Source: Octopus vulgaris
Lineage: Eukaryota
Assembly (NCBI GenBank): GCA_951406725.2
Contig: OX597815.1
Span: 203,422,001-203,486,000 of the forward strand
Direction of reading: 5' to 3'
DNA: 64,000 nt
Shown one piece after another: positions 13,497 to 27,502 of the stretch; within the stretch, counting starts at the first letter, position 1, and every line of letters starts with the position of its first letter. The position numbers were made by a program, and so were the translations under genes. Below the pieces are notes generated by a model, which saw nothing but the letters and a program-made list of their open reading frames with translations, ran no database searches and was not told the DNA's origin.

Positions 13497-13910
13497 CTCT
13501 TTTACTTGTTTCAGTCATTTGACTGCGGCCATGCTGGAGCACCACCTTTAATCGAGCAACTCGACCCCAGGACTTATTTTTTTGTAAGCCCAGTACTTAT
13601 TCTATCGGTCTCTTTTGCCGAACCGCTAAGTAACGGGGACATAAACACAACAGCATCAGTTGTCAAGCAATGCTAGGGGGGCAAACTCAGACACACATAT
13701 ATATATACACACACACACATTATATATATATATATATATATATATATACGACAGGCTTCTTTCAGTTTCCGTCTACCAAATCCACTCACAAGGCATTGGT
13801 CAGCCCGGGGCTATAGCAGAAGACACTTGCCCAAGGTGCCACGCAGTGGGACTGAACCCGGAACCATGTGGTTGGTAAGCAAGCAACTTACCACACAGCC
13901 ACTCCTGCGC
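13497..13910 (-). mobile_element. SINE family A, flanked by 110-bp direct repeats
   Basis: Full-length copy; flanks 13387-13496 and 13911-14020 are duplicates. Confidence 0.9.
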
Positions 13911-14627
13911 CTATGTGTACCCCTGTTTTAAAATAGGTAGAGGACTGGTGTAAAAATTGACTCAAATGGTTAGCCTCAGAAAGGGTATCAAGCCTCAAAA
14001 AGCTTGTGTATGAACGTATATACACAATCTATATATATTCACAGTCAGTCAGTCAATTTATGTCCATGTTTCTTCACTTAAAGTTGGGGCAAGTACATGC
14101 CTGAGGCAGTATAAATATTGCTAGAGGCTTTTCCTGTTAAGTCTTTCCTGTTTTGCAAGAAAGGGCACTTTTATTTCACAACATTGAGTGTGCAGAACTA
14201 TAAGGTGTAAATACAAAACACTTCTTTCTTCACTCAGTCTCATTTGAGTAAAGCGGAAATGAGAAATAGTCATATGCACACTTGCCCTCCCATCAGTTCT
14301 ACTCACAAAGTAATGGTGAGCTGAAGGCAATAACAGAAGACGCTTGCATGAGGTGCCATACAGTGAGACTGAACCTAAGAATATGTGGTTGAAAAGTAAA
14401 CTTCTTAGCCAAGCAAACATTGTTTATGATCTCTCTCTCACACACACACACACTGGACAGTAATACATTTGCATTGCAATATCTTATTTATATAAATAAT
14501 TTTCCACCCTTAAACAGCATAAGTAACAAGTGCAACAGAAAAATCATAAACAAACAACACCAACAACAACAAAAACAGAAATACATAAAAATAATTTATT
14601 CATAGTTTGTCATGGAAATATCCTTAC

Positions 14628-14708
14628 CTGACGTCTTAAATCTCTAGATTTTTTCTGCCAATTCTCAATAGCATCTTCTAGTTCAGCACTTGGTTCTTTC
14701 TTACCAGA
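14628..14708 (-). CDS. CTNNA: alpha-catenin coding exon 8 (81 nt): SGKKEPSAELEDAIENWQKKSRDLRRQ
   Basis: TTCAG acceptor and CAG|GTAAG donor; RDLRRQ|LRKA motif spans the junction with exon 9. Confidence 0.95.
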
Positions 14709-17700
14709 CTGAAGAAAACAAAACCAGGAAATCGATGCAAAAATCTATTGATTTAGACTTTAGAAAATGATAAACAGAAACAGCTCAGGAATTCTTTTTA
14801 GTCTCATGTACAATTTTTGCCATCTTTAAAAATTATGTTCTATTAATTATTAATCAAGTTTGCTTTAACAAATCATATTTTCTCAATTTGTTTTATATTA
14901 TTTTATTTCTTTGTATGTTTTTAATATTGGAACAAAAAAAAATGCTGTGCTTGCATATAAATATGTATACACCGACTCCTACACACACACTAAAATTATA
15001 TATACATGTACACCGAAATATTAGGACAAGATTGGCTTAAAAGGTTTAAGACTATTTTGTTTTTGGTCCAGTGATAATCATATATGCATTATTTTTAAAT
15101 CAGACATCAAAACGAAAGCAAAAATGGATTGTATGAAATATAAAATAAATTAAAAGATAAGTACAGGAAAATTGAACACAAGATGATATCGATGGTTAAA
15201 CTCTACAAAGCTATTCCGTATTTACAATTTAGAACAGTGTAAAATGCATAAAGTACATGAAGTCATAGACAGATCTCACTTCTATAAAGTGGTTATATAT
15301 AACAGCTTTTTAATGAAATGCTCAGATGATAGCCTTATTAAAGTAAATTGCAAAATGGCAATTGTTTCAACTGCCTTTAAAAACTTCATCAGAGTAGAAT
15401 AAGTTAACATGCTATGAAAAGAGAAATTGGAAGGGCACTGAAGGGCTTCCCACCAGAAATGTGAGATCTCTCTCAACAAAATCCTAACTTATTCACTTTT
15501 GTGAACTTTTTAAAGTTTAATGTTTCACTCTGAAAAGTGTGTACATGTGTATATGAGAGTGTGTGTAGCTGAGGAAACACAAGCATGTATTTAAAAAAGA
15601 TTTTTTCTTTTTCAATAAAAACTGCAGAAATACTTGAAATCATTGTGAAAAAAATTTCAGATAAAAATACGTAACACATTTTAATTTTCTTTGCCTTGCC
15701 TAAAAGTAGTACAAAAAGAACATTCACACTATCAATAATTACATATCAAAACAATTATATATTTAATATCAGCAAAACACAAAAGTTTAATTTTATTCAG
15801 TATTTTATGTAAGTGTGAATGCGTGTGTTATTGGATAATTACTCATGCAATGTGATCTTTATTGCAAAATGTGTGCGGAGCAGACCACAGAAAAACATCC
15901 CAAGAATAAAATTTTAAACTCAGTTGGTAGGAGATGGTATAGTCCTGTTTCTGGCTTTTTTTTTTTTTTTAGCCACCAATAAGATTTCCATGCTTTATAT
16001 TTTTAAAAAGAAATACATTTAGTAATCAATACCCACCCACATATCATTTGATAGGACATGAAAACCTTTGTTCATGACTTAAATAGCTATTTTATATAGC
16101 TAGCTTGTTTTTTTTTTTGCTTTTACAGTTTAATTCTCCAACATGTGGAGGTTCTAAGTACTGAGAGAGGCAAGAAGTAGATTAAGAGAGGGAAGAAGTC
16201 AAAAAAAGAAAACAAACAAAAATGTAAACAAAAAACATGGAAGGAGTTACACATCCCCTCTAAAGTTGAAGACATTAAAAGAAACAAAACTATTAATATT
16301 CCTTTATTTCACCATATTGAGCTAATTGCAGATAAACTGGTATATCATATGGATCATATGTAGAATTGGTCCTTCAAATGTCAACAGCTGGCCAAGCTGA
16401 CATGTCAAACCATAGCTGAGCACACTGACCGACATACTATAAACTGGCTGCAGTGACTGGGTATTAAATTCAAACAATCTCACCTGCAGTGAGACTTACA
16501 CCCAATGTAGTTAACTCATTCCTTCAAATCTACAAACAGCCAACATGAGATACATACAACAGACTACTAACACTTATTATAAGGACCAGCTATATCAAAC
16601 TGAAGAACCCTTTGAGTGGTCACTTGATCTGCCAAAAATTACAGGATAACTTGAATTCAACATGACAATCAAAAAAAGCACCAATAAGACAGTGCTCATT
16701 CAGACGCTTCTTAGGTGTATACATGTATTAGGCATGTGAATGTATTATTCACTGCTTCCTATATATCAGGGAAAACATATTCCATCTAAGCATATGACTA
16801 GCAAGTACATGTCATTGACAAGATCCAATGAGGTCAAAACACATCTGGCATTCTAGCGAGTCACAGCTAGGATGATGTTCATCACACTGATACATATTGT
16901 TAACACTGCAAGTCTATGAAAAAATACAGCATCAAGCTTCTCCACAAATGTGCATACATTGAGTATGACACATGAATGGCAACTTTAATTTAATGCTGTG
17001 TCAATTGCATATACTGAGTATTTATAACCTACAAGTTTGAAAGCCTATTTCAAGCCTAAAACCAGCATATAGACTGCAAATGTTATTTTTTTGCCTAATG
17101 AAATTTAACATATCCAAGTAATTAACAAATATTTATTCACTTCAGTATGGTGAGAAGTTACCATGGTGTGAAGTAAGACGGAATGTGTTGGAGTTTGCAT
17201 ACAATTGTTTGCAAACCTGGTAGGTTTTGCTATATAGTCAACAACCATTGATAATTGTCATTCGATTCATTCAGCCCCAGACCAACTAATAGAATAGATC
17301 TATAGTTAAGGGTATTTCAGCCATGACCGGGTTTTCTATCTTCCTTCTATAACAAAACTACATTAATCAATATGCCTTATTTCCAAGTCAGTAAGACGTG
17401 CCAGACCAAATGACTGCATTGAAGAGGAATTGAGAACAACCCCTGTGACCCACACAGTTCCTAAAAATACTTATGAAAAAATTATTTGAGCCTTTAGATT
17501 AAAACAGTACTATATATATGGTATCCCTATGAATTTTCATAACGTTTCAATATTTTCTTCAAAAGAGATGCAACCCACAGGTCCTCAAGTACTTAAAATT
17601 TGCCACCACCACCCCTATACTAAAAATGACTCCATATCTGGACATAAAATTTCCTTCATTGGCTGATGACAAAATATTAATTTAATAATTACTATTTAGC

Positions 17701-19900
17701 TAAGAATGATGAGAGCCAAGAAGATTGAAAAATGTCAGAGTATAAACTCAGTTGTTGATTAAACCAAGTCAACCCTTATAAATCAAAGCAATTTTAGCCA
17801 TGACTTTTTTTTCCTTTCAGCCAGCGTATGCAGGACTGTTAATGCAGCTTTTTTTTATTAAGATTTTAAGAGTGATGTGACAGATTTGGCTACTATTTCC
17901 AAGAGACACAGAAGTAATGTAAGCGTTCTTTCTGCCACCACTTTGCTGAATTCAAGGATTTTCAAAGCTAGTATCTTACACAATGTAGCCATTATGCTTT
18001 ATAATTACTGCCCATTATTCTATTTGAAACAAAAACAAAAGTTTTGCTAGCTTGACCTAATCAAGGTGGAGGAAGGAGAAAATGTCAGCAATATTTTGAA
18101 ATAAAATTTTTATAAAAAACCACACTTGAAGAAAAAAAAACATTCAGGAAAAAATGTTAAGTTTAGGTGAAAAAATTCATTAGGTAAAAGATTAATTAAT
18201 GATGTTGCCTTCTCACAAGGTACAAAGCCACACATTTGTAAGAAGGTTTCAGGAACAAAACAGACAGAAGTACACAATTGATTTTATGTTGCAAAGAAGT
18301 AAAAACAAAGTCTAATATTTCAAGTTGCAATCTTTCAAGAGAAAAGCAGAGAATTAATTAAGGTTTCATAGTAGCAAAGTAAAATGATTGCTAAAACCAC
18401 ATGGTTTTCAATGAATGGCCAAATTCTGATGTTTCTTCGTTACAGTGTAAAGTTATTATTAATAACCTTATATTACCAACTTTTTTTTTTTTTTTTTTTT
18501 GTTCCTGAAATCTTCTTGGGGGCTTTGCACTGGATACACTGGATTGAATTATCATTATACCCTACAATTGTATTTATATGGAGTGGTATAATGAGACTAA
18601 TCAATACTGGCACATGACTGATATTCATGTTCATCAACATCTAAGAGATGAAAGACAAAATAGAATCACTGCTGGCAAGGATTTAATCCAGAACATAATG
18701 GAATGAAAGTAAATGCTGTAAAGCATTCATATTGATCTGGTGATCTACCATATTTGCCACTACACCACCTTAATAATAATGAGGAGGATGAAAAGAAGAA
18801 TGATAATTAAGGTGGTAATGATTATGAAAAAATTGAATACATTTTTAAATAATATAGGCCTTAAATTTCTGGAAAAGCAAAACAATCTGAATTTTTAAAA
18901 ATAAATAAAACAAATAACAGCAACTAAATGTTCATGCTTGCTATAGCTTACCATTCTTGTACAATCTTTACTGCTAAAAAGATAAATGCATGTACTGAAA
19001 TAACCAAATGAAAGAAGGAAAGGATAAGCTAATTTTCAGAAAAGAATAAAAGGAGCAGAATAGATAAATAAAAATAATTACTGTGATTTTCAGTAATTAC
19101 AGATGAAAATTTTAGTTTTGTTTATAAAATTTTATTAAGAAATTTATAATGATTATAAAATTTATATAATCAATGAATAATGAAACAATCTTACTGATAA
19201 AGTGATTATAGTTTTAGTGGAGAAAAACAAACAAAAAATACCAAAAGCCTCAAATAGAAAAGAAAAGGAAAATGAGGTTATGAGAGGGTGTATATCATTC
19301 CTTAAAGGTAATCAGTGATATATGCAAAAACTTAGGGTAGAAACAAAATTCCACAGGTCTATCACTTCAATTGTGGGAGCCCATATCACAATGAAAAAGT
19401 ACCTCCTACCTATCAAAATTTAATAATCTTAACATTCTAAGATTAGGTTTTATTTAAATTAGTAACAATAATGATAATCTCTTTTCTTGAATGCAAGGGT
19501 CCAAGACATTGGAAAAAGTATATGAAGATTTTGGCTGAATGAAAAGGTAAATTAAATGTCAACAAAAACACCAACACAAAGGGGAACAAAAGCCCCAAGG
19601 TAAGGTCAATCAAGGGAGTTCATAAAGTGACCCCCTCCCAACTTTGTTCTACCTATAAGTGCATGATGAGAGGTAGCCTATTGATTTAGACCATTCTCAC
19701 CACTCTTACCCACCTTTCAGCAAATTCACTGGAGGGGCCTCCCTCCCCACATTAAAAAGCTTATTGTGAAAAAGTCAATAAGAGCTTGGTCAAAGAACAA
19801 AGTGTTAAAGTACAAGGGTCATGAATATGAAATAAGCAGGATGTGTAATATGAAAATGAAAACAATTCAAATATTGATTGGGATGTTAAATATTATAAAT

Positions 19901-20285
19901 GTGGAGGCGCAATGGCCCAGTGGTTAGGGCAGCGGACTCGCGCTCATAGGATCGCGGTTTTGATTCCCAGACCGGGCGTTGTGAGTGTTTATTGAGCGAA
20001 AACACCTAAAAGCTCCACGAGGCTCCGGTAGGGGATGGTGGTGATCCCTGCTGTACTCTTTCACCACAACTTTCTCTCACTCTTACTTCCTGTTTCTGTT
20101 GCACCTGCATTTCAAAGGGCCAGCCTTGTCACTCTCTGTGTCACGCTGAATATCCCCGAGAACTACGTTAAGGGTACACGTGTCTGTGGAGTGCTCAGCC
20201 ACTTACACATTAATTTCACGAGCAGGCTGTTCCGTTGATTCGGATCAACCGGAACCCTCATCGTCGTAACCGACGGAGTGCTTCC
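19901..20285 (+). mobile_element. tRNA-derived SINE family B, tail type 1
   Basis: GGAGGCGCAATGGCCCAGTGGTTAGGGCAGCGGACTCG..GGTTTTGATTCC head; 13-bp target duplication AAATATTATAAAT. Confidence 0.88.
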
Positions 20286-20309
20286 AAATATTATAAATAT
20301 AAAACATTA

Positions 20310-20410
20310 ACCATAATACAGAAACTATACAAAAAGGTCACAATTTCACACATCCAAAAACTAGCCTTGCTGGGCACAGATTACACCCTACACAAGACAC
20401 TTTCAGTCCA
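20310..20410 (+). mobile_element. old non-LTR fragment resembling an R4/Dong-like ORF C-terminus
   Basis: IQKLALLGTDYTLHKTLS resembles the QKxxLLGTAxILRxxL terminus of RLE-type elements. Confidence 0.45.
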
Positions 20411-20466
20411 TTGGTACAGTAATTATTGGCATGACTATGATACTCTACACAACTGCCACCCATATT

Positions 20467-20690
20467 TATTTCTTTATTGCCCACAAGGGGCTACACACAG
20501 AGGGACAAACAAGGACAGACAAAGGGATTAAGTCAATTACATCAGTCCCAGTGTGTAACTGGTACTTGTTTATAATTGACCCTGAAAGGATGAAAGGCAA
20601 AGTCGACCTCGGCAGAATTTGAACTCAGAACATAGCGACAGATGAAATACCGCTAAGCATTTCGCCTGGCATGCTAACGATTCTGCCAGC
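20467..20690 (-). mobile_element. SINE family C (Meta-domain-like)
   Basis: GCCTTTCATCCTTTC.GGGTC central motif; target duplication TGCCACCCATATT. Confidence 0.8.
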
Positions 20691-21528
20691 TGCCACCCAT
20701 ATTCTAACACGACTTACACCCTGTACAGTTATGACAAAAAAAAACAAAAAAACAAACAACTTACATAACATACTCTACACCTATGTGAAGACTGAAAACA
20801 GGCAGACAAATTGCCATGTTGAACACATTCAACATGGTTTAAGCTCTTATGAATTATACAACACCATAGCAAAGAAATGCCAACTTTATTTGGTAGTCTC
20901 ATTAATATCTCAGATGATACTTCGGTGGAAATGGGGGCTGGTATTTGTTAGTTTAAGAACCACTATTCTACACAGTTACCACTCAATAAGACAACTCCAT
21001 ACAGCACATACATTACACGATCACCACCCAATGCAATATGTGCTAATACACAAACCCCCTATGAAACACAACCACTCATAACTCACACTGCATATATTCT
21101 ACACAAAAGATAGGCAAAACACTAACATGTCACCAGAAACAACAATGCAAAACTGATGCTGCATACAAATACAGCTCTCCATTCCAAAAAGACAATGTTG
21201 CACACATAAAAGTGCAGCTAGTGGTACACTAGAAACTCAGTCAAAACATATTGGTTTCAAATTTTGGCACATGGCCTGCAATTTTAGAAGGAAGCATAAG
21301 TGAATTACATTGAATCCAGTGCTCAATTGGTAATTATTTTATTGGCCTTGATAAAATAAGTAAAATAGACATAAGAACATATGTTGGGTGAGTTATAGTC
21401 AATTACATTGGTTATCTAGTACTTAACAGGAACTTATTTCGTTGAACTCAGGAGGAAGAAAGACAAAGTTGATCTAGTAAAACATGAAATCAATTATAAG
21501 GCATTTTTTTTGACGAGTCTTTATTTAA

Positions 21529-21747
21529 CCCTTTAGTATTTAAACCGGCCATATCCGGCCAAAATATTTAATCTGTTTTATGTTCAAACTGACCAGATCC
21601 AGGTTCTCACACCTACCCTACAATGTTATTCTACATTAGGTAATTACACCATCAAGATCTTGAAGATATGAGATAATGCATGATTAATTCAAATCAATGG
21701 GAATCAATAAGCAATATGTTTGATAGAATAATCAGAACACTAAAGGG
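21529..21747. mobile_element. piggyBac-like MITE of about 220 bp (copies at 5242-5462, 53632-53843, 55591-55811)
   Basis: TTAA target duplication, CCCTTTAG inverted termini, shared internal sequence. Confidence 0.85.
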
Positions 21748-22409
21748 TTAAGTTTTGTTTACTTGTATCCATATTCATGTATGTCTATTAGGTAAGTGAG
21801 ATAAACACTTGGTTCTTTGAGTGGCAATGGCCATCACATGTTCAATCATGAAGGCAGAAGTCAAACGGAAAAATGCAAAGCACAGTGTATATCTATTTCA
21901 ATAGATGTACATCCAGAAGTATGGCTACACCTGAAACTAAGAGAAAGTGCTTAAACAGAATTTTCCATGGTAGCTATTAAGAAAGAATCACCATTAACGC
22001 CTATGACAAGGCAAACAAATAAAACCCTACAAATGCCTATCTCTTTCGCTATATTTCTGATTTGAAAAAAAAAAGTCATTACACTTATTTTTCTTTTTAC
22101 TCACTACCTTCTGATTTGAAGAAGCATCATATCAGATTCGAACAAAAAAAGAAAAAGACATTTAAAAAGGCTTAGCTCATTTCTCAAAATAATTTAATTG
22201 AAATTCAGTATTCTCTAAGGATTCTCTGCATTGTAACAACAATACCTATAAGAATACGGATGCCAATTTATATCAGTTTTACCTTTCTTTTGTCATTATT
22301 AGCAGCATAGAGAGAGAGAGACTTGTATCTTTTTATACACACACACAAAACCCTCCTCCAAGAGAGTTATTCCAATGCAAATTATCCACAGTCAACTATG
22401 ACCAAAGGG

Positions 22410-22472
<63 letters not shown>

Positions 22473-23424
22473 CATTGCTAACTTTCTTAAAAGATACCAA
22501 TATCAGAAAGAAATTGTTTTACAGTCTACTTATTGGTATGTTTAAATACTTTTATTTCATTTTACTTTCTAAACTAAATTTCATTTTCTGTTTAATCCAC
22601 AACATGGCCAACACACATCTAAACACATTTTATTTATTTTTATTTTTTTTTCAAAACAACTGACATTTAATTGTAGAGGAGACAACACGGTAATATAAGA
22701 AGGCAAGACATTTCTAATTTTTGGTTTCAGTGAGTAAATAAATCTACAGATGTAAGGTGATATTGGTCAACATCCTAAATTTGGCAGAATATATTGCTTG
22801 ATGATGTATATCAAGCTAAGAATAAATGCAATAGCCACTTTAAGATTGATAAGTGGAAGTTCAGAGAGGATAATGAACTATAAAAATTTTTTGTTAAATA
22901 AATGTAACAACAATTCGTACAAACATATCAAATTGCAGGCCAACCCTCTCTAAATGAATAGAAGCTAGCATTACTAAATAAAAATTAAAAAATTGTAAAT
23001 ATAAAAATCACAAAATGTAAATATTTCTCCTGTAGGCTTATTGCTTTCATAGATAGTTCATTAGCATCAGCAAAATTCTGCACAACATTTTAACTTTTCT
23101 TTAAAATTCATGTCAACAGAAGAAAAGCTAGTTAAATAGCTTGTTAAGCTTTACATTTTTTAACAGAAATGTGATCTATACAAATGATGAGCAAGGAAAC
23201 GTTGCTAAAGTAAACAGCTGAAGAATAAAATAGCACACACAGCCATGAGCTATTATATCTTGAAAGATAACATAAAACAGTGAAACAGTGTTCAGTTTAC
23301 TGAATCAATCTGAATATATAGTAAGGCAGAGACTGGATTGAAAGGGGCTAGAAGATGTGATATGGCAAAGAGAGAACCTTTATAGGCAGATAGTAAAAAT
23401 AAAGAAATTAGTGATATCTTTTTT

Positions 23425-24195
23425 TTACTTGTTTCAGTCACTGGATTGTAGGACATGCTAGGACACCAACCCATGAAGGGGTATGTATCACTGAGCAAAT
23501 TAACCCCAATATTTTTTTGTTTTTTTAATTCTAAGTCTGGTGCTTATTCTATTGGTCTCTTTTCTCGAACTGAAAAGTTACAGAACATAAACAAACCAAC
23601 CAACACTAGTTGTCAAGAGGTAAAGGACTGGAGAAACGAACACAAAAACGTGTATGTGTAGATGGGTTTCTACACAGTTTCCATCTACCAAATTCACTTG
23701 CAAGTCATTGGCTGAAATGGACCCATAGAAGACACTTGCTCAAGGTGCTACACAGTAGAATTGAACCCAAAACTAAGCTGCAAAGCAAGCTTCTTGACCA
23801 CAGAACCATGTCTGCACATATATGTGAAGTTTAACCCACAAGTTAACAGAATCTTCTCAGGAGAATTCAAACAGAGCTGAAAAACTCTTAGAGGAGAGTG
23901 CAATGTATGTTTGAGTCATGAATAAGTAATTTTTCTTTATTAAGTCTAGTACTTATTCAATTGTCCTTCTCTTTTTTTTCTTTTTGCTAAGCTGGTGAGT
24001 AACTGCGCCATAAACAAACCAAACCAGTTATTAAAAAGTGGTATGTTGGGGGAAATAAATACACACAAGCTACCACAGTTTCTGCCTACCAAATTCATTC
24101 TCAAGGACTTAGTTGATTTAGGGCTATACTAGAAGACACTTGCCTAAAACCACATGGCCCACAAAGCAAGCTTCTCAATCCACACAGCCATGCCT
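23425..24195 (-). mobile_element. two degenerate SINE family A copies
   Basis: Recognisable tail, AGAAGACACTTG core and head remnants. Confidence 0.7.
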
Positions 24196-24283
24196 ATATC
24201 TAATATATAAAAACAAAGTAATTGTTTGTATTATGTACAGGGCTGGTATTTGAATGTATGTTTTACAACTATTATAGCCAGTA

Positions 24284-24650
24284 ATCATCATCGTCATCGT
24301 TTAGCATCCGCTTTCCATGCTAGCATGGGTTGGACGGTTCAACTGGGGTCTGGGAAGCCAGAAGGCTGCATCAGGCCCAGTCTGATCTGGCAGTGTTTCT
24401 ACGGCTGGATGCCCTTCCTAACACCAACCACTCCGTGAGTATAGTGGGTGCTTTTTACGTGCCACCGGCACAGGGGCCAGACAGGGCTGGCAAACGGCCA
24501 CGGACGGATGGTGCTTTTTACGTGCCACCGGCACGGGGGCCAGGCGAGGCTGGCAACGGCCACGATCGGATGGTGCTTTTTATGTGCCACTGGCACGGAG
24601 GCCAGTCGGGGCGGTGCTGGCAACGGCCACGGTCGGGTGGTGCTTTTTAC
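24284..24650 (-). mobile_element. RTE-type LINE 3'UTR fragment with ~55-bp tandem units and (GAT)n tail; other copies at 41395-41728(+), 44372-44609(+), 49503-50055(-), 50312-50605(-), 55571-56068(-), 62247-62586(+)
   Basis: Same sequence as the 3' end of the coding RTE remnant at 36550-37915. Confidence 0.8.
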
Positions 24651-26519
24651 TAAACTGAAACAAATGGGTCTGCTATGTTTTTAAGTGGAAGAGCATATTT
24701 CTGCAGCTTTTTGTTTTTCGTTTGTGTAAATAACTACATTTTTTGAAGTAACACAACACACAACTTGACTAGCATACTTAATATGTTTGAAAGAAAAATT
24801 TCTTTAATTGAACTTCATAGCTTCACTAATTCAAGATATCAGAACAGACACTTAACCAATCAATAAATGAAACAACTCAGACAAAAACAGCAGTGCATCA
24901 TTTTCAATAGCTATGTCTCCTGCAGAGGGAGGATGATGCTGCTGCAAGGCCAACTCTATCAGTTCACTTGTTTACAAAGCCTTGCTGGTTGCAGTTGACA
25001 TTTTTCACTGAAGTCAACTTTTAATACATTCATGGCAACAGTATCAAAGATAGCAAATCTGATTCAATGTCTGTCATTTAGAAAACAAAAGAACTCGAAT
25101 CAGAATTCAAGTTGTGATTCAGAAATTCAAATTCAAAAAGCAAACACAAAATTCAATACATAAAAAGAACAAGTCAAAAACTAATGAACTTTCTCGATTT
25201 AAATTTTTAGTTGTTGCTTTACAATTATATTTTTGTTTTCCTCATTCCATTTTCTACCAGCTACCAATTACACTTTCTACAATCATGTCAGTTTTATTCA
25301 GAAATAGCAAAACAAAGAAAAGCTAAGAGAAAGTGAAGGAGAGAGGGAGAGAATGTGTATGTGTAGCCACACCTCTTTATGCCTTTGTTATGCATCTTAA
25401 ACTTTAACAATTTAAATTTGGGGGTCAAAATATGTATGCACACAACCAAATCTCACCACACTCATCTCTAACCATAAAGAGATATTCTTGTTTCTTGGTA
25501 GATATTTTTCTTATCAAATAACTTATCAAGCCAAAAAGGGTACCTCTAAGATGTCAGTTGAATATCTAAGTCAAATTCTCCTCAAACCACACTCTACCAT
25601 CATAAAAAAAAGGACATATTCAATAATGTAGTCCAAGAAATTATTCATGAAAAATAGAGAAGAAAAAAAAATGGTATGGTTTGAATGCCTGATCATAGGG
25701 TTGATCAAGTTGATTGATCTGGGCCAATTTGGTGCTAAACAAACAATAAGTATCTAATACTAAAATGCTTCCTATTTGCAAGACGGAACAAATATATGTA
25801 GTCAAAATAGGACACACTGGTTAATAAAATCTTAACAGATATTATTGTTAATCAAAGACAAATAAACTAACAGTTACAAAAATACAAATCTATTGTATAA
25901 ACTCACAAAAAGAGAAAAGAAGCTTCAGTTTTCAGTTTTAATGATAAGGATAAAAACATCTTTGCGAATTAGATATGATAAAGTTAATTCAAAGTTTAAA
26001 ATTACAAAACAAAGTCTTCATCATGAGGAAATAAAAAATTTTTCAGACACTAAAAAAGTAAAAAAATTCAATAAGGTCCTGGATAAAGGTGGGGTGGAGG
26101 AAGTTGCACCTTGTAAAGTAAGGCATTACGCAACTATCTTAGTTTACTGATTCATGCATTCTAAAAATGGTACACCAATACCTTATCCTATAGGCTATTT
26201 TTGCCTGAAGACAATAACATATTACGCACTTACATTCCATCTCTTACACATAAGCAAATGCACACACATCATGTATGTGCATTCACAACTTTTGTGACAT
26301 GCAAACAAATGTTAATCAGACAATCTTAAAAAATGATAAATATTTAGCAAACATTTAATTATCCTGGCTGCTTTCTGACACTACTCTCTAGTTTAACATT
26401 TATTCATTAAGCTAACTGATAGCAAAATTAATCCAACCAATAACCAAATTAGTCCCAAAGAGTTTGCATTTAGTGTGAGTTTGTGATACTTTACAGTAGT
26501 GCACAAGAGGCAGATTCCA

Positions 26520-27215
26520 GAATTATTCATGTCTGATGGTAGAGTCAATTATTTCTCATTTAATCTTTTCAATTATGCTGTTTTAACTCCCAAATGTATT
26601 TAGACAGTGATGTGTTTATTTTGTTTCTTTTGGATAAATTCAGGAATGTGCAAATTGGCTTTGTGTATCTGTCTTTGGCACTTCCACTAGTGGTACAATA
26701 TAGTGTTTTTCAGTTTGCCTTAGCCCATAGTTTCCATGTAATGAGCATGTCCTTGTTCCAGTACTGTAGCAGGAGTTTGCAGCTATTTATTGCATATTCA
26801 TTGTTATGTTTAGTGATTGTATAGTATGTTTTAGATTTTTTATGTAGCTAACTTTTATATTGTTTCCCTATTGATTAGTTTGTGATATTTCTTCTACTGG
26901 AAAGTGCTTGCTAATAAGTGTTTGGAGGGTGTGAGCATCATCTGGAGCTACATTTAAGCTGAAGGGTGAACTGAGACTGGGTTTTTTTTTTCTAGGTTTC
27001 TTTTGTTGTTATTAATTTATGGTATCTAAGGTAGGAGTTGCAGTTTCTCTTTGAATCCGTTTGCTTATAGGACTACATTGTAGAACAGTGCTGTTTAGTC
27101 AGATATTCCTTTGTCAAACGGAATTGTTTATATTCTCCAGCTTATGCCACTGACTAAGGTTTTGATTATCAACAGTAGGTGGTCTGAGCTGATGAAGAGG
27201 CAGAAAAATAAGTCA
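26520..27215 (-). mobile_element. degenerate Penelope-like element ORF remnant (RT C-terminus to GIY-YIG region)
   Basis: Frame-shifted motifs in the expected order: SDHLLLIIKTLVSGISWRI, SPFSLNV, ISKHFP, NIKVSY, TCSLHGN, TSLSKYIWELK. Confidence 0.7.
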
Positions 27216-27502
27216 GTCATCAAATGCAAGCCAATAAAAACATCGGCATAAGACCACACCCACATTAACAAATATAAATATACCACCAAAACAGAATTCT
27301 CAACTAAAACTTGCAGAGGTATGAAACCTGAGTTGCATGATCAATATTCTGTTTCCATAACATACACATAAGGCATAATCCTAAGTTTCAAGAGCCGAAT
27401 TACTGCTCATTCGCTTATAAATTGGAACTTTGTTGCAGCCATTCTGTTTTACAATTAAGCTAGGCACATATCTGCCTCAGTCTAGTTGACAACTAACAGG
27501 TT

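Noticed and set aside
19901-19975. tRNA gene
   Set aside because: It is the tRNA-like head of a SINE with a body, tail and target duplication; there is no complete cloverleaf. The same applies to the other SINE heads.
24860-25035. GC-richer, exon-looking segment
   Set aside because: The frames I checked contain stops, there is no convincing splice-site pair and no recognisable homology.
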